Shown here: in pieces, positions 1 to 14,055 of the stretch | How positions within the stretch are numbered: the first letter of the stretch is position 1 | Layout of the letters: the number at the start of each line of letters is the position of its first letter | Assembly: GCA_002269645.1 (NCBI GenBank) | Contig: NIVC01003727.1 | Span: 53,172 to 117,171 of the forward strand | Source: Macrostomum lignano | Taxonomy: Eukaryota | Reading direction: 5' to 3' | Length of the DNA stretch: 64,000 nucleotides | Notes under the pieces: generated by a model | Seen by the model: the letters and a program-made list of their open reading frames with translations, nothing else | Databases searched by the model: none | Told to the model about the DNA's origin: nothing | Program-made: the position numbers and the translations under genes

Positions 1-300
1 GCCAATCTTGCGCCGCATCGACCTGTTGTTCGAGCGATTCCGTCAGCATTCAGGTCTCGGCGTTGTACAATAGGGACGGTCTCGATCATCGCCTGGAACA
101 ACGCCGCCCTCTGGCGGTCAGGCAGGGCCTCGGATTACAGGACAGCCCTCACGGAACGGCAGGCAACCCAGGCAAGTCCACGGCGAAGTCGCAGATCCTC
201 GCGAACGTCAGGCATCAGACCGCCGAGGTAGACGAACTGCTGATAGCGCGGAAGCTTCTTCACCTGCCCGTCAGCGCCTCGGCAGAAAATAGTACCCAAT
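1..300 (-). mobile_element. Degenerate RTE-like non-LTR retrotransposon fragment (region C-terminal to the RT domain)
   Basis: Minus strand reads QQFVYLGGLMPDVREDLRLRRGLAWVACRSVRAVL*SEALPDRQRAALFQAMIETV, then a frameshift, then LLYNAET*MLTESLEQQVDAA. This matches the F.YLG...D...R...AW...LLY.aETW.LT signature of RTE-type LINEs. Two stops and one frameshift. Confidence 0.8.
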
Positions 301-584
301 CTGCCCACCGTGCCAAAAGGTGGGGGCAGTTGTAGAGGCACAGACATTACTGCTAGCGATGCCAATGTAGGCTGACTTTGGAGATAACAAACAATAACAA
401 CAACAAAAAACCACGTTGTCAGACAGTCACTCGAGTCATGAGAGGTAAAAGACAAAGTCACTGGATGTAGGAGAAGGCTTGGCCACTTCACGGCTTTGAT
501 TGTCAATGCATTTTAATTAATCGATATTTGGGTGGAGTGGAGTTGCGCCTGATAAAAGAGAAAGGTCCAAGCTGATTGGCTACA

Positions 585-850
585 AGGACAACTTACTCGT
601 AAGTAGAAGGACGCTACACTCGAAATCTATGGTAAATGTTTTGACGGCAAATTTTCGCCGAAAAATACATTACAGAGATAGGAGGTTTTAATTTTTTCAG
701 CACAAAAATTGTTATTGCTTTTGATAGGAGGCAGATCCAGTGTTCATCTTTTGATATGTTGTGCCTTTCTTATTGCTCTATTTATCATTCATAAAGCTTT
801 TCCTTCAGAAATAGTTTTAAAGGCAGGTTTCACCGGAAAAATACACTATG
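585..850 (+). mobile_element. Partial copy (one arm) of the MITE at 17421-18150
   Basis: AGGACAACTTA...AAGTAGAAGGACG...CTCGAAATCTATGGTAAATGTTTTG...GCACAAAAATTGTTATTGCTT aligns closely with 17421-17630. Confidence 0.8.
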
Positions 851-1012
851 GAGATAGGAAATTTCACGATTTTCAACACTAAGACAATGATTGGGTCTCT
901 TAACAGTGTAATCACACTATTTTGTGCCTCACATGCTGCTCTAACGATTAAATCATGGCGAAAAAATATTAGGCTCGTTTAAACGCATTGTTCTGCGGCC
1001 AATCGTTATAGA

Positions 1013-1211
1013 AGCTTTATACTCGTATATTAGATTTTGAGCTGCAAAACTCAAACTGTAAGTAGCATTACTAAATGCCGAAATGTTTCCATAAAAGTTA
1101 ACTGATTTTTTTTCTGCAGTTCGCAGCTCAATACGCACTCTGCCAACGGAGTGAGAGGGTGTGCGGCAACCGCTGCTACATCCCCATCGGCAAAGGTGCA
1201 CAGGTAAATAA
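1013..1211 (+). pseudogene. Broken tandem copy of the small Cys-rich secreted peptide gene
   Basis: Same donor (GTAAGTAGCATT at 1058) and acceptor (CTGCAG, 1119) as the intact copy. Exon 2 reads FAAQYALCQRSERVCGNRCYIP. Exon 1 has an in-frame TAG (1031-1033) and no in-frame ATG. A 1-nt deletion precedes the ancestral TGC ACA GGT AAA TAA (C-T-G-K-stop). Confidence 0.7.
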
Positions 1212-1504
1212 TTAACCCACCATCTCATTTACTGTTCAGACTATGCATATAAAATTATTTATGCAAAGCCCAATGACAGAAGCTTCTTTTCCCCAAGTCT
1301 TAGTCTAGTTCCCTCTAGTGCCCTCCCAAACTCGAAATTTCACATGTTCGGAATCGCAGTTATTCAATATCCGTGAGACTTCAAGACTTCATTATCACAA
1401 TAGTCCTAAGTAAACGTGTTAGCCTGTTATTATTACTAGGTAAAATTTCATCGTCACTCAAAGATAACAACCTCTTCCAGCTATATTTGAGCACTTGAGG
1501 AGCA

Positions 1505-1738
1505 ATGAGACTCGCTATTACACTGGGACTTGCCTCTCTGGCTGTCATGTTGTGCGGCCAAACCCACACTGTAAGTAGCATTGCTAAATATGTTTACATA
1601 AAATTTTATACATACATGTAGTCTAGTGAACAGAATCTTTTGCTGCAGATCGCATCTCACTACGTCTGCCAACGAGGGGAGGCGCTATGTGGCAACCGCT
1701 GCTACAACCCTTTTTATCGCATCTGCATAGGCAAATAA
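1505..1738 (+). CDS. Small secreted Cys-rich peptide, 51 aa (exons 1505-1570, 1649-1738): MRLAITLGLASLAVMLCGQTHT-IASHYVCQRGEALCGNRCYNPFYRICIGK
   Basis: ATG plus hydrophobic signal-peptide exon. Canonical 78-nt phase-0 GT-AG intron. Four Cys in exon 2 and a C-terminal Gly-Lys. The paralog upstream conserves the Cys, GNRCY and GK. Confidence 0.75.
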
Positions 1739-2147
1739 CCAACCGATGATTTTTTCCCGTTCAAAGACGATGCGAAAAAAATTATTGCATGCAAAGCTCA
1801 ATGACTGATGCTTCGTTTTACTAGGGTTGTATTTCACAAGTTTGCAATCACAGTTATTCAATAACTGCAACAATTCATGACTTCATTATCACAATTGGTC
1901 AAAGCGTGTTTACTTTTATACGCTCGTAACTGGATAATATGGGTCTAATTTTATTCTTGAGCAAAGAATTGAACACTTCAGTTATTGTCGCGTCAAGACC
2001 GGGGGGACAGGGGGGGGGACATGTCCAGCAGTAAAAGTTATGGGAGACATTCCAAGGCTTTGTCCTCCCACCTTTGTTGACCTCTTATGGAAATCAAAAA
2101 TTTTGCTTCAGGGCGATAAAACAGCGCCTACGGCACGGCACCAAAAT

Positions 2148-2545
2148 GGTGCCTGCGGCGCCAAAATGAGTGCCTGCGGCGCCAAAATGAGTGCCTGCGG
2201 CGCCAAAATGAGAGCCTGCGGCGCCAAAATGAGAGCCTGCGGCGCCAAAATGAGTGCCTGCGGCGCCAAAATGAGTGCCTGCGGCGCCAAAATGAGAGCC
2301 TGCGGCGCCAAAATGAGAGCCTACGGCGCCGAAATGAGAGCCTGCGGCGCCAAAATGAGAGCCTGCGGCGCCAAAATGAGAGCCTGCGGCGGCAAAATGA
2401 GTGCCTGCGGCGCGAAAATGAGAGCCTGCGGCGGCAAAATGAGAGCCTGCGGCGCCAAAATGAGAGCCTGCGGCGCCAAAATGAGTGCCTACGGTGCCAA
2501 AATGAGAGCCTGCGGCGCCAAAATGAGAGCCTGCAGCGCCAAAAT
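2148..2545. repeat. 21-bp minisatellite (GCCTGCGGCGCCAAAATGAGA/T), about 19 copies
   Basis: Direct tandem repeats; explains the ACGAKMR, APQALIL and RRLSFW ORFs. Confidence 0.95.
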
Positions 2546-2911
2546 GATCGCTGAAAACACGGATTCTGAAAATAATGTACCTTAAGGTACATGTAGGAAT
2601 TTAAGTACAAAAGGAAAAATTGCAACAAAAGTGCAATTCAGCATAAGCTTCTTAGAACTCGAGAAACAAGCAAAAACCACAGCGAAATTTTGCGTGTTAG
2701 ATTGCAATTCTTGATCATTCTGCGCAATTTTGGTCGTCTAGTGCAGGAAACAAGCGCTGCGCAGTCACGCAACGATAAGGACAAAGTCTAAGCGATGTGT
2801 TCGCATAAACAAAATGAAAATTGCATCCTGGCTTCAAATCAGGGTTAAAAGCACATTCGGCAGCTTCTTTCACAATAAGGAATTTCTCGAGCCGCTTGTC
2901 ATATAGCTTCA

Positions 2912-5587
<2,676 letters not shown>

Positions 5588-6016
5588 TTCCTCGATAATT
5601 CTGTGAGACATGTTAAAAGAGAGAAACCTCTGTTAAAACAGAGTAAGTAGATGAAGTTAAACGTTTCTGTATTCATAGTTTAGTTTTTATACTAAAAACT
5701 TTTTGCGAAAAATGCTGTGAGGGGCAGTGAGACAATAAATAATGACAAATCGTGGCAGTCTTTTGGTTACTGCAAATGTTAAATGGTTTTTAGTAAAGCA
5801 TTCTAGAGAAAAAATTTCTTTGCGTGGAACGCTACAGAAACTGCACCCTTTGGCTGTTGAAATGAAGGAACAGTTTTTTGTTTGTATGAGAGAAGGATAG
5901 CTGAGATTTGAGTAAATTTAGCGACCGATCCTGAGCTTAGCGGTCAGCAAATCCAAGCGTACGTCATAATTACAACAAATCATTTCGTTCTCACGTCTCC
6001 CTCATGACGGCATCAG

Positions 6017-7840
6017 GCGGAATTTCAGCAGAATGGATGCAGCCCAGTGCGTCTGACGCTTGACTCTCGCTGCAAACTGGTTGGCTTCGTTTTTTTCTTC
6101 GTCATCGTGATGCTGGCGTTCGTGGTGGAGGTGCGGGCCTACGATGAGGACCAGAAATATGAGAACGAGCATCAGACTGGAAAGCGGAGACGGAAAATCT
6201 GCTTGGACTGCAGGGTGTCAAGACTCCTCTTCGTTGCTCTGGCTGTGATTTCAATCCTCTTGCTTGAGTGCTGGGTGCTCAAGTCTGGCCGAGCACGGCT
6301 GGCCTATGTTGGAGCAGTCAGAATTTCGAATGTTCCCGCTAGTATTTCCGCTCCTGCGGAACTGTGCAACCTGCCATCAGTTCTGTTTGCTTCTGCTTTT
6401 CTATTATTTTCTATTCTAAGCCTCGTTTTAAAGGTGCTCGGAATCGTCTGCGGTGCAATGGAAATCCGATTCGTGGATTTGTCAGGACTGGACTACACTC
6501 CACACGGCATTGTCGTGGTCATTAGACACGCGTTTTTATTCGTCTTTACTGTGCTGCAAACGCGCTTCTTTCTAAAGTACTGCAAAGCGTCCATTCAGCT
6601 TAGGCTTGGCAGATCCTGGCTGCTTCTCTCCATTGTGATGGCAGCGAATATTGGTGTGTGGTTTACCACAGTGGGCTTTGAGCTGCAGGATATCGGCAGA
6701 CCGGACAAAGCAATCGCTAATGGCACCTATTGCTATGATAAAAAGATAAACAAAATCAAGGAGTTCTTGTACCCCTTCGAAATAGAATACTACGTCATGT
6801 CATCTCTAATGGCCTACATGCTGATGTCCAACATGGGCAGGCTGGCAGAATTCCTGCACCGTCAGGTCCGCTCGGGGCCCGTTAAGTCACAGGAAATCGT
6901 TCTCAGAGTCAAGCGCATCATGCTGCGGAGTGGAGGCGCGCAAGGCGGCAGTCACGAAGATCAGGCGCAGTCCGAATTCGCTTCGATCAGAAAGCACTCA
7001 TGGATGATTTCGATTGGCGCCGTGGCTGTGGTAGCTTCGCTAACTGTCGTTGCATTCGTCCACTTCGACGACGAAAATAATCCAGTCCTCAGAATTCTGT
7101 TATTCTCGCTGCAAATGGTGTTGCAAGCAGTTTCTATGCTGGTTCTCGCCGTGCTTTTCTGCTATTTTCGAGTCGCTAAGAACCGGCGCATCGGCTCCGA
7201 CAATCTGGTCGACCGGCTGCTGCTGTGGCTTGGCGTCATCGCTATTGTAGGCAACAACGCTCACAATATTTGGAAAAATGTTAATCAAATTGAAAATGAT
7301 CTGCCAGTTGATTTTGCGTCAAATCACACGAAGGTGAGAATTGAGCTCTCTGAAAACTTTTTCGGCGCCGTTCAGTCAGTTTTGCAAGCGGTGTTCCTGG
7401 AACTGATGCTCGTTGGCGCGTTCACGCTGGACAACAAACTGCACGAGGCGTTGAAAAGGTTTTTAGTCCGATGCTTTTCAAGCGGGACCCAACCTGAAGA
7501 AGCGCAACGCCACCGTCTACGGAATTTTGTCATTGCCATGCTGAACTTTCTGATTCTGCTCAACTTTTCCGAGTGGGTCCTAAGCGCCCTCTGCTTTCCG
7601 TTGTTTTTCCAAAGAGAAGAAGACAAACACGACAATTTGTCCCTAATGCTCATGCCGCTGAAGGTTTTCTACAGGTTTCACTCGGTCATGAGCATTCAGG
7701 ACTTCAAGAAGCACCATCTGAGAGTGGAGACTGCACGAAACTCGGCAGCCGGATGTGAGTCAGACGATGAAGCGGGAGCTGACGCCGTGCTGATCCATTT
7801 CACTGATATTGAGAATGGCGAACTTGAAACCAATGGGTAA
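6017..7840 (+). CDS. OTOP: Otopetrin-family proton channel, single large exon; 5-prime end uncertain
   Basis: About 12 hydrophobic segments. Otopetrin motifs FLYPFEIEY (cf. LYPFNIEYSL), AANIGVW, VLQTRFFL and MPLKVFYRFHS. No suitable in-frame ATG before TM1; in-frame phase-0 acceptors at 6016, 6028 and 6031. Confidence 0.9.
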   Translation, partial: AEFQQNGCSPVRLTLDSRCKLVGFVFFFVIVMLAFVVEVRAYDEDQKYENEHQTGKRRRKICLDCRVSRLLFVALAVISILLLECWVLKSGRARLAYVGAVRISNVPASISAPAELCNLPSVLFASAFLLFSILSLVLKVLGIVCGAMEIRFVDLSGLDYTPHGIVVVIRHAFLFVFTVLQTRFFLKYCKASIQLRLGRSWLLLSIVMAANIGVWFTTVGFELQDIGRPDKAIANGTYCYDKKINKIKEFLYPFEIEYYVMSSLMAYMLMSNMGRLAEFLHRQVRSGPVKSQEIVLRVKRIMLRSGGAQGGSHEDQAQSEFASIRKHSWMISIGAVAVVASLTVVAFVHFDDENNPVLRILLFSLQMVLQAVSMLVLAVLFCYFRVAKNRRIGSDNLVDRLLLWLGVIAIVGNNAHNIWKNVNQIENDLPVDFASNHTKVRIELSENFFGAVQSVLQAVFLELMLVGAFTLDNKLHEALKRFLVRCFSSGTQPEEAQRHRLRNFVIAMLNFLILLNFSEWVLSALCFPLFFQREEDKHDNLSLMLMPLKVFYRFHSVMSIQDFKKHHLRVETARNSAAGCESDDEAGADAVLIHFTDIENGELETNG

Positions 7841-9370
7841 ATTAATTTTTAAACTGATTTTTAAGCCATTGTGAGAGGATGGCAATTGGACTATTGCCTG
7901 TCCTTTTGTCTTTGTTTGCATGCTGGTATGTTTCACGTTGCTGACCCTGCATATCCGCTTGTGCAAAGTAAAAGCAACAGACAGGGAAGCCGGGCAAGGA
8001 GTTGGAACAAAGGGTTCGTGCAGAAGCATTGAGTCATCTCATCCAGGTCCATTCCTTGGGCTCCCAAAAGATAAAATGATAATGAAATCGGGATTTTATG
8101 GTTGACTTATCGATTTCAGTTGGCCCGGAGCTGTACTTCGGGCTCCATTCAAGTGTTTAGGCTGAGATAAATTAAGTACATTCACTAAAGTGCATGGCCA
8201 CATACTGTACTCAAGTAGTCTAAAGTGAAAATTAGTGATGGAGTTAAGGGTGCTTTCGTTTGTTTGCTATATTGGAAACTTATTTAACTTTGCACTAAAC
8301 AGATTTACATGCACCGCAAGTTGAGTTTTTCCGAATCAACGTCTTTTTAATGATTTTTTTATCAGCCATGAAATATAATTCTTTGATAGCTGTCTCTAAT
8401 TATTCCAATAAATATATTAATCGAGCTTATATAATACTCGTACTCAAGTGGTTAGAAAATATTCAACAGATGTTTTCTGCGGATCGCAGCTTGTCTTTTA
8501 ATTACCCGCATGATTAATAGATTTTCGCAAAGCTTCATTTGGTTCCTTCTCCTACCACTTTGAATCCATAATACTCCAATTTATTATTGTACACCAAAGA
8601 GCGTGTTTAGAGGCTTTCTCAGAAATTTTTTAATATTGTTAAAGGAATAACAAAATAAATGATAGAATTTTGTCCAACATGTAGACAGTTTCTTGTGCGT
8701 TCAGTTATTCCGGAATTTTCCGAGTGATATTTTAAAAAAAATTCATTCGTACTGATCATACTGCTCACACTAATAAATAAATTTAACTGAAGCAGATCGG
8801 CCACATTCGGCTGAGGACTTCCGTTTCATCTCTTTCTTCGAAATAAAAAATGATCGCAAAAATCCATGTTCTTAGGTAAAGTAAACTTAGAACAGACTTG
8901 CTAATCTACAGAGGCTGCGGAACAGGGAGCCAGAGGGGCAGGAGGGCGGTGTCTATCCTCCTAATGCTAGGAGGGCAGCTGCTTCAGTTCTTGAGCAAAA
9001 AATGCAATCAGGAACCTATCTAAGGGAGGTCAAGGTGGTCATTGGCCCCTAGGCAAGAAAAAGTGTCTCGCGGAAGCACCGGCAAAATATTTTACAGAAA
9101 ATGATAAGAATTCAAATACAGTACACAATAGTCAATAGATGATTACGTTAATCAGAAATAATTTACGTAATGAGAACTTGCGTAATAAGAAGAGAATGTT
9201 AAACTTAATTGTAACAATTGATCCGCTGTTTCATCTGATAGGTGATTGGTCAGTCAGAGCTTTCGACCTGTGACTGTACGGTCAGTCATGTGCATTGTGT
9301 TGAAGTTGGGCCCGTCGGCAGCTGACGAACTTGGGTGACCCGCCGCTGCTATGCAGGACTGCCGCTGCTG

Positions 9371-10605
9371 GGCTCCCACATTAGCGTCCTTGGAGTGTCC
9401 ATGACAGTGGCGCCCTGCAGCTCGCCATTGGCTAGTAGAGCAGAGTCAGTCCTGTCTGTCCGGGGGCCCAGCTCGCTATTGGCTAGTAGAGCAGAGTCAG
9501 CCCTGTCTGTCCGGGTGCCGCAAGTTGCCGCGCTTCAAGCAGGACGCGAGTCCAGAGCATCTGGGGCAGAAGTTGCAGCAGCAGGTGCCAGCAATCGCAG
9601 CCGAAGCGAGCAGGACGCAGAGCAGTGGCATCAACCAGTAGTTTCTATCAGTCAGCTTGACTTCCAGCATTTGAGCATCGTTGTTGCGATCTGCAGTCTT
9701 CTCTGGCGCTCTGTCAGTTCTGTTGCTGTCCAAAACAGCGTCTGCAGAACTCAGCCTGGTCCGTCTGCATCGGTCGTTGCTTAAGAGTCGAATTTCAGAA
9801 TTTTCAGAATCTTCGTGGCCACTGGTTTCGCTCAGCTGATTTGGTGCCACCTTGACATCGGGCTGGTCTGTCAAAAATGTGAATAGAAGCCAGCTTTCTA
9901 GAGTCAGGTTGCACTTTGAAATTCTTTTTGTTTCTATAAATAGCTCGTGCAGGTACGGGTAATTTCCACGGGTTTTCCTTAGAAATATGGAACTATTTTT
10001 TAAATCTGAATTTTAATTGGAATTCTCTTATTATAATGATTTAGGCTACTTTAAACTTCGCTAAATCAGATCTAGTACGCTGACGATTAAACAGAATTGG
10101 GCCTTGCGGCTAAGGGACACAACTCTTTCACGGAAATTCCATGGAATTTTCATGCCAACATGGAACCGTGAGCTAGAAATGCTTTATCTCTGATGCACGG
10201 AAATTAATCAAGATAATCAGAAAAGTCTTCTTAGAATTGTCTGGATCTGGGCCTCTTAAATTTTAGAGTGGTTGTTCTTGCTTTCAGAAGAGGGACTTTA
10301 ATATCTGCTTTCGGCTTTGCACTACTCCTGACATCTAATCAAGTTTATACAGAAAATTCGTCATTAAAGAATGGCGACCTCACCCGAGACGGTAGTCGCG
10401 CGGCCTGACGGGTTCGCACATTCTGGGTGCGCCAGAGAAAACGACTTTAAGAACGCGACAGAGCGGACGTGGGACCTGGACAGGCAAGGCAAAGCCCTGA
10501 GTTGGTGTCAGGGTATTCTCCAGGCTGGCAGTCGCTGACGGGAGTGCAGTCCGCGGCAAGGAGGACCGTCAGAGCCACAGCCAAGTGCAGCACGAAGTGC
10601 TTCAT
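9371..10605 (-). pseudogene. Receptor paralog A (TNFR-like single Cys module), frameshifted as assembled (exons 10605-10384, 9867-9497 or about 9371)
   Basis: MKHFVLHLAVALTVLLAADC...CQPGEYPDTNSGLCLACPGPTSALS, then a 1-nt gap near 10452, then FLKSFSLAHPEC. Phase-1 intron. Exon 2 has a TM helix (YWLMPLLCVLLASAAIAGTCCC). A possible second shift near 9512 precedes a duplicated RTDRxDSALLAN tail. Confidence 0.7.
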
Positions 10606-11260
10606 ATTGTCTTGCGCATTGCTTTCAGACAGATTTATCAAGAATGCGCTGCGACATTGGGCCTTTTCATATTACCAATTCCATAACCAGAATCGGTTCG
10701 GAATTCCAAGAAAAACAGCAGTATAACTATTAAACTCTGTTAATATTTGACTGCCTTAACAACCTAACTTAGCACGATTTTTCACTTTCTTCTTGGCGAT
10801 TGTCATTCAATAATAAAAACTTTATAGCACGTATCTCCCTCTAGTTATGGAGACAAAAAGTTATACTTCACAAATTGGTTCTGGTTCTGGAACCAGAACA
10901 AGCAATATGAAAAGGCCCATAGAGCTGGGCGGGGTACAGATACAGAAGAATGAATAAGGGGAATCTACGGAAAAACCATGGAATGAACGGACGGAATCTA
11001 AAAATAGACATTAGCAATCTTGCTATTTTTAGATTTTGTACACTTGGACAATTCAGAACTTACAATAAATAATTTTTCTAGAGGTGAAAGACCGTGCAAA
11101 TCAGAAAGGGAATGCTGGCCTTATATACACCAGTAACATAATTCGGGATTTTGGAAAGCGAGCTCATTAATTTGACATTCCAGCTATGGAGAGCCCAGCA
11201 TGGAGATCAAACCCTCCACAGCAATGTTTTTATACGACAGAAACGCGGGCTGAGTCTCGA

Positions 11261-12492
11261 CTATCGGCATCTGGGGCTGGTGGTGCTCTTCAGCCCCACC
11301 AGCAGCGCCCGAGCTTCCGGCTCACTGGCGGGCGCCACTGCAGCCTCCGAAGTGTCGGCTTTGCTGTCGCATGCGAGCATCTTGCGACACACCGCAGGGC
11401 GCAGTGCAGATGCGATGCCGCATCCAGCCAGCAGCAGCAGCAGTAGGGACAATGCCACCAATACTACAGCAGCCCATGATGGCAGTGTCTGTGCCGGGTT
11501 CTCGGTGGACGAGCTCACAGTCGACAGTTTTGAGGCTGCTGGGCTCGAGGCTGCAGACAATTGTATTCAGACTTTTCGATTAGTTTAGTTGTATTGTAAA
11601 TAAAGTCAAGTCAGAACTTTATTGTGACACAGTAAAGCACAACCAACATTGCAGGCTAAAATGCCTGTTTTATAGAGAAACTGTTTATTTTCGATCGTCT
11701 GGCTCACCCATCCCCACCCCGCGCTAGCAAAGTACATTCAGCGAGAGAGTGAGGGCATCAAAACAACTTAACCCAGCACCCGCCCCCGGCGCGCACGCAG
11801 GCAAATTTACCACTGCACATATTGCATGTGTACTCAGCAACACCGAAAAGTCGCCACCACAGAAGATTCCATCTGTGGGTCGCCACTTTTGAGAATGCAA
11901 GTAAAGAGTCTCTTAATCTTTGCGAGAGACGCAGCTCAGCTACGCCGCGGCAGACTTGAGTTGAGGAATGATGAAGTGGGGGGAGCGGTGTGCGAGGGTT
12001 GGACGGATTAAAGCTACCCCGATCAGTTTTCTCGTATCGATTATTCCAGAATAGTCCATGAGAAATTGCTCACTGGCGCATAGAGTGGCGACTGTTCAAT
12101 GTTGCTGAGTATAAATACAGCAATATGATTATTGCTGTGCACGCATGCAGTTTCTACTCACCGTCAGACCTTACGGTGCTTGCAATCCAGTCTTTAAGAG
12201 AGGCTGTGAAACCAGCTGTACCCGTTGAGTCACTGAATGACGGCGACGGCGTGAATGCAGTTGACGTGATTGACGCAGAAGTTGCTGCTGATTTGTCCTT
12301 ACATCCGGGATGCAACTCCAAGAAATCAGTTTTGAAGTCCGAAGCGGGGAGCTCAGGGCAGGTGGCGCAGCCAATGCCAGCCAACTCGTACTGGCCTGCG
12401 GGGCAGTTCAGCTTGCTGGCTAGGGCTGCTCCCACCGCCGGCCACAGCGTCAGCAGGACAATCAAAGTGGACGGAGCGATAGCAGAACGCAT
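11261..12492 (-). CDS. Receptor paralog B, 206 aa (exons 12492-12162, 11550-11261)
   Basis: Signal peptide, CPAGQYELAGIGCATCPELPASDFKTDFLELHPGC, Ser/Thr stalk, G|GTGAGT donor, TCTGCAG acceptor in matching phase 1, TM helix (WAAVVLVALSLLLLLLAGCGIA) and short tail. Confidence 0.8.
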
Positions 12493-14055
12493 GTTAGTGC
12501 AATACTAGCGGCTTCCGCTGCAAAAGATACCCATCAATCTACACGCAAGCAATCCATTTGGAAGAAGTTATTGCTATAAAACTTTAGGGTCAGTCCACGT
12601 TTTATCCAGGGAATTCCCAAGGACCGCCCACAGAAGTTCCGAGATAAAAAATAAATGTACATCTGGTCTACGATATTACAAGCGTACATAGTCCAGCTGT
12701 GTACATTGGGTGTACACTGGGTGAACCAGTTCAGAAAACAGCCCGAAAGCCTCTTCAGACGAAAGCTCATGAAAGCAACAATAAGATTGTTTATTATGAC
12801 AACCAATGGAAACAGAAATTAAGCAAATATCTTAATTTGAAACTGCAGCGAAATCGGAAAATCGCCAACGAGGCAGAACGCAGCCCTTAAAACACTGCGG
12901 CTGGGTGAGGCCTACGATCTCAAACCAGCTCTAACCCCCACAGAGCATGAGCACCAAGCAAGCGTGCGAGGCGGAGTAATCACTAAAGCCGGTTTGCAAA
13001 GTTGTAAACCAAGTCATTAGTGAATCAGTCCAGGGGACAACGAGCAATTGGCTGAGCAATGACAGCACGCAAAAGCCTCGAAACCAGGGGTCTGCAAATT
13101 CCGTCCATCGGGCCACCTGCAGCCCGGAAGTTTCCCTATCCGGTCCTGGGGTCCTTTGAAACTTCAAAATAGCAATTCGGCCCGCTCAAGGTTTGTGTTT
13201 CTTCTCGGCTCTCTGTTTGGTTCTTTCCGCTCTCCCTTCTCCTCTCATCTCTCCCCTCACCTCGTCTCCTCTCTTCTGTCATCTCTTCTTCGTCCTCTCC
13301 CTCCCCTCTCCTTTACTCACTCATCTGGCTCGCAGCAGATTTAGATTATTTTTCTGGTCCTTGAGATAAAAATTTTTCCGATCTTTGCTCCAAGTCCAAA
13401 CCGAAGCAAACAAAGAGAGGGAGTCAACAGCAGCGTCTTTCACTTTAAATACAACTCTACCTGATCGGTCAACTGACTGGGTAACGCCTGCGTCTTGCTG
13501 CTTCTGCTTCAGCTCGGGCACCACAGCGGGCTCCTGCAGCACAGCCTTCTCTGACCAAAACTGACCACAGGTAAATGAGCATTTTAATTTATAAAACTTT
13601 TCTGAAGCAAGTCATGTATGATTTTGGCGAAGTGACTTTTCTAAAAAACGGCCTGTATTTTACACAATTTTACACACTTCATAGGGTAATATGTGCGATG
13701 CCAGACAATTGTAAAACGGTATTTTACAGCGTAACAGGGGCAAAGTTCGGAGCATACAGGCGATTAAAGTGCTTGTGTTCGCATATTTTTTTGCTATCCA
13801 TAGCTGATTGGATCACTGGATCATCTCTGTAGAAAGTTCCATTTTCAGATAGATCGTATTTTCGCTTCATCACAGGGTGAAACTCGAATCCGCTCGCGCT
13901 TCGTCAACTCCCCGATGTCGCGTCAGAAACTCTGAATCGTCTGGCACTGGACTTCCGGTTGGATTTTCAAAAAGCAGCAGTCAGGTGGAGCCGTAACGAG
14001 TGTGAAGTATCTGGAAGTTTCGTCTATAGACGGTATCTATCTAGTTAGCCACTGC

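Noticed and set aside
12931-13550. Possible relic fifth receptor paralog between B and C (exon-like 13550-13470; TM-like PWFRGFCVLSLLSQLLVVPW)
   Set aside because: No signal peptide or Cys module, and splice phases do not give an open frame; similarity is too weak.
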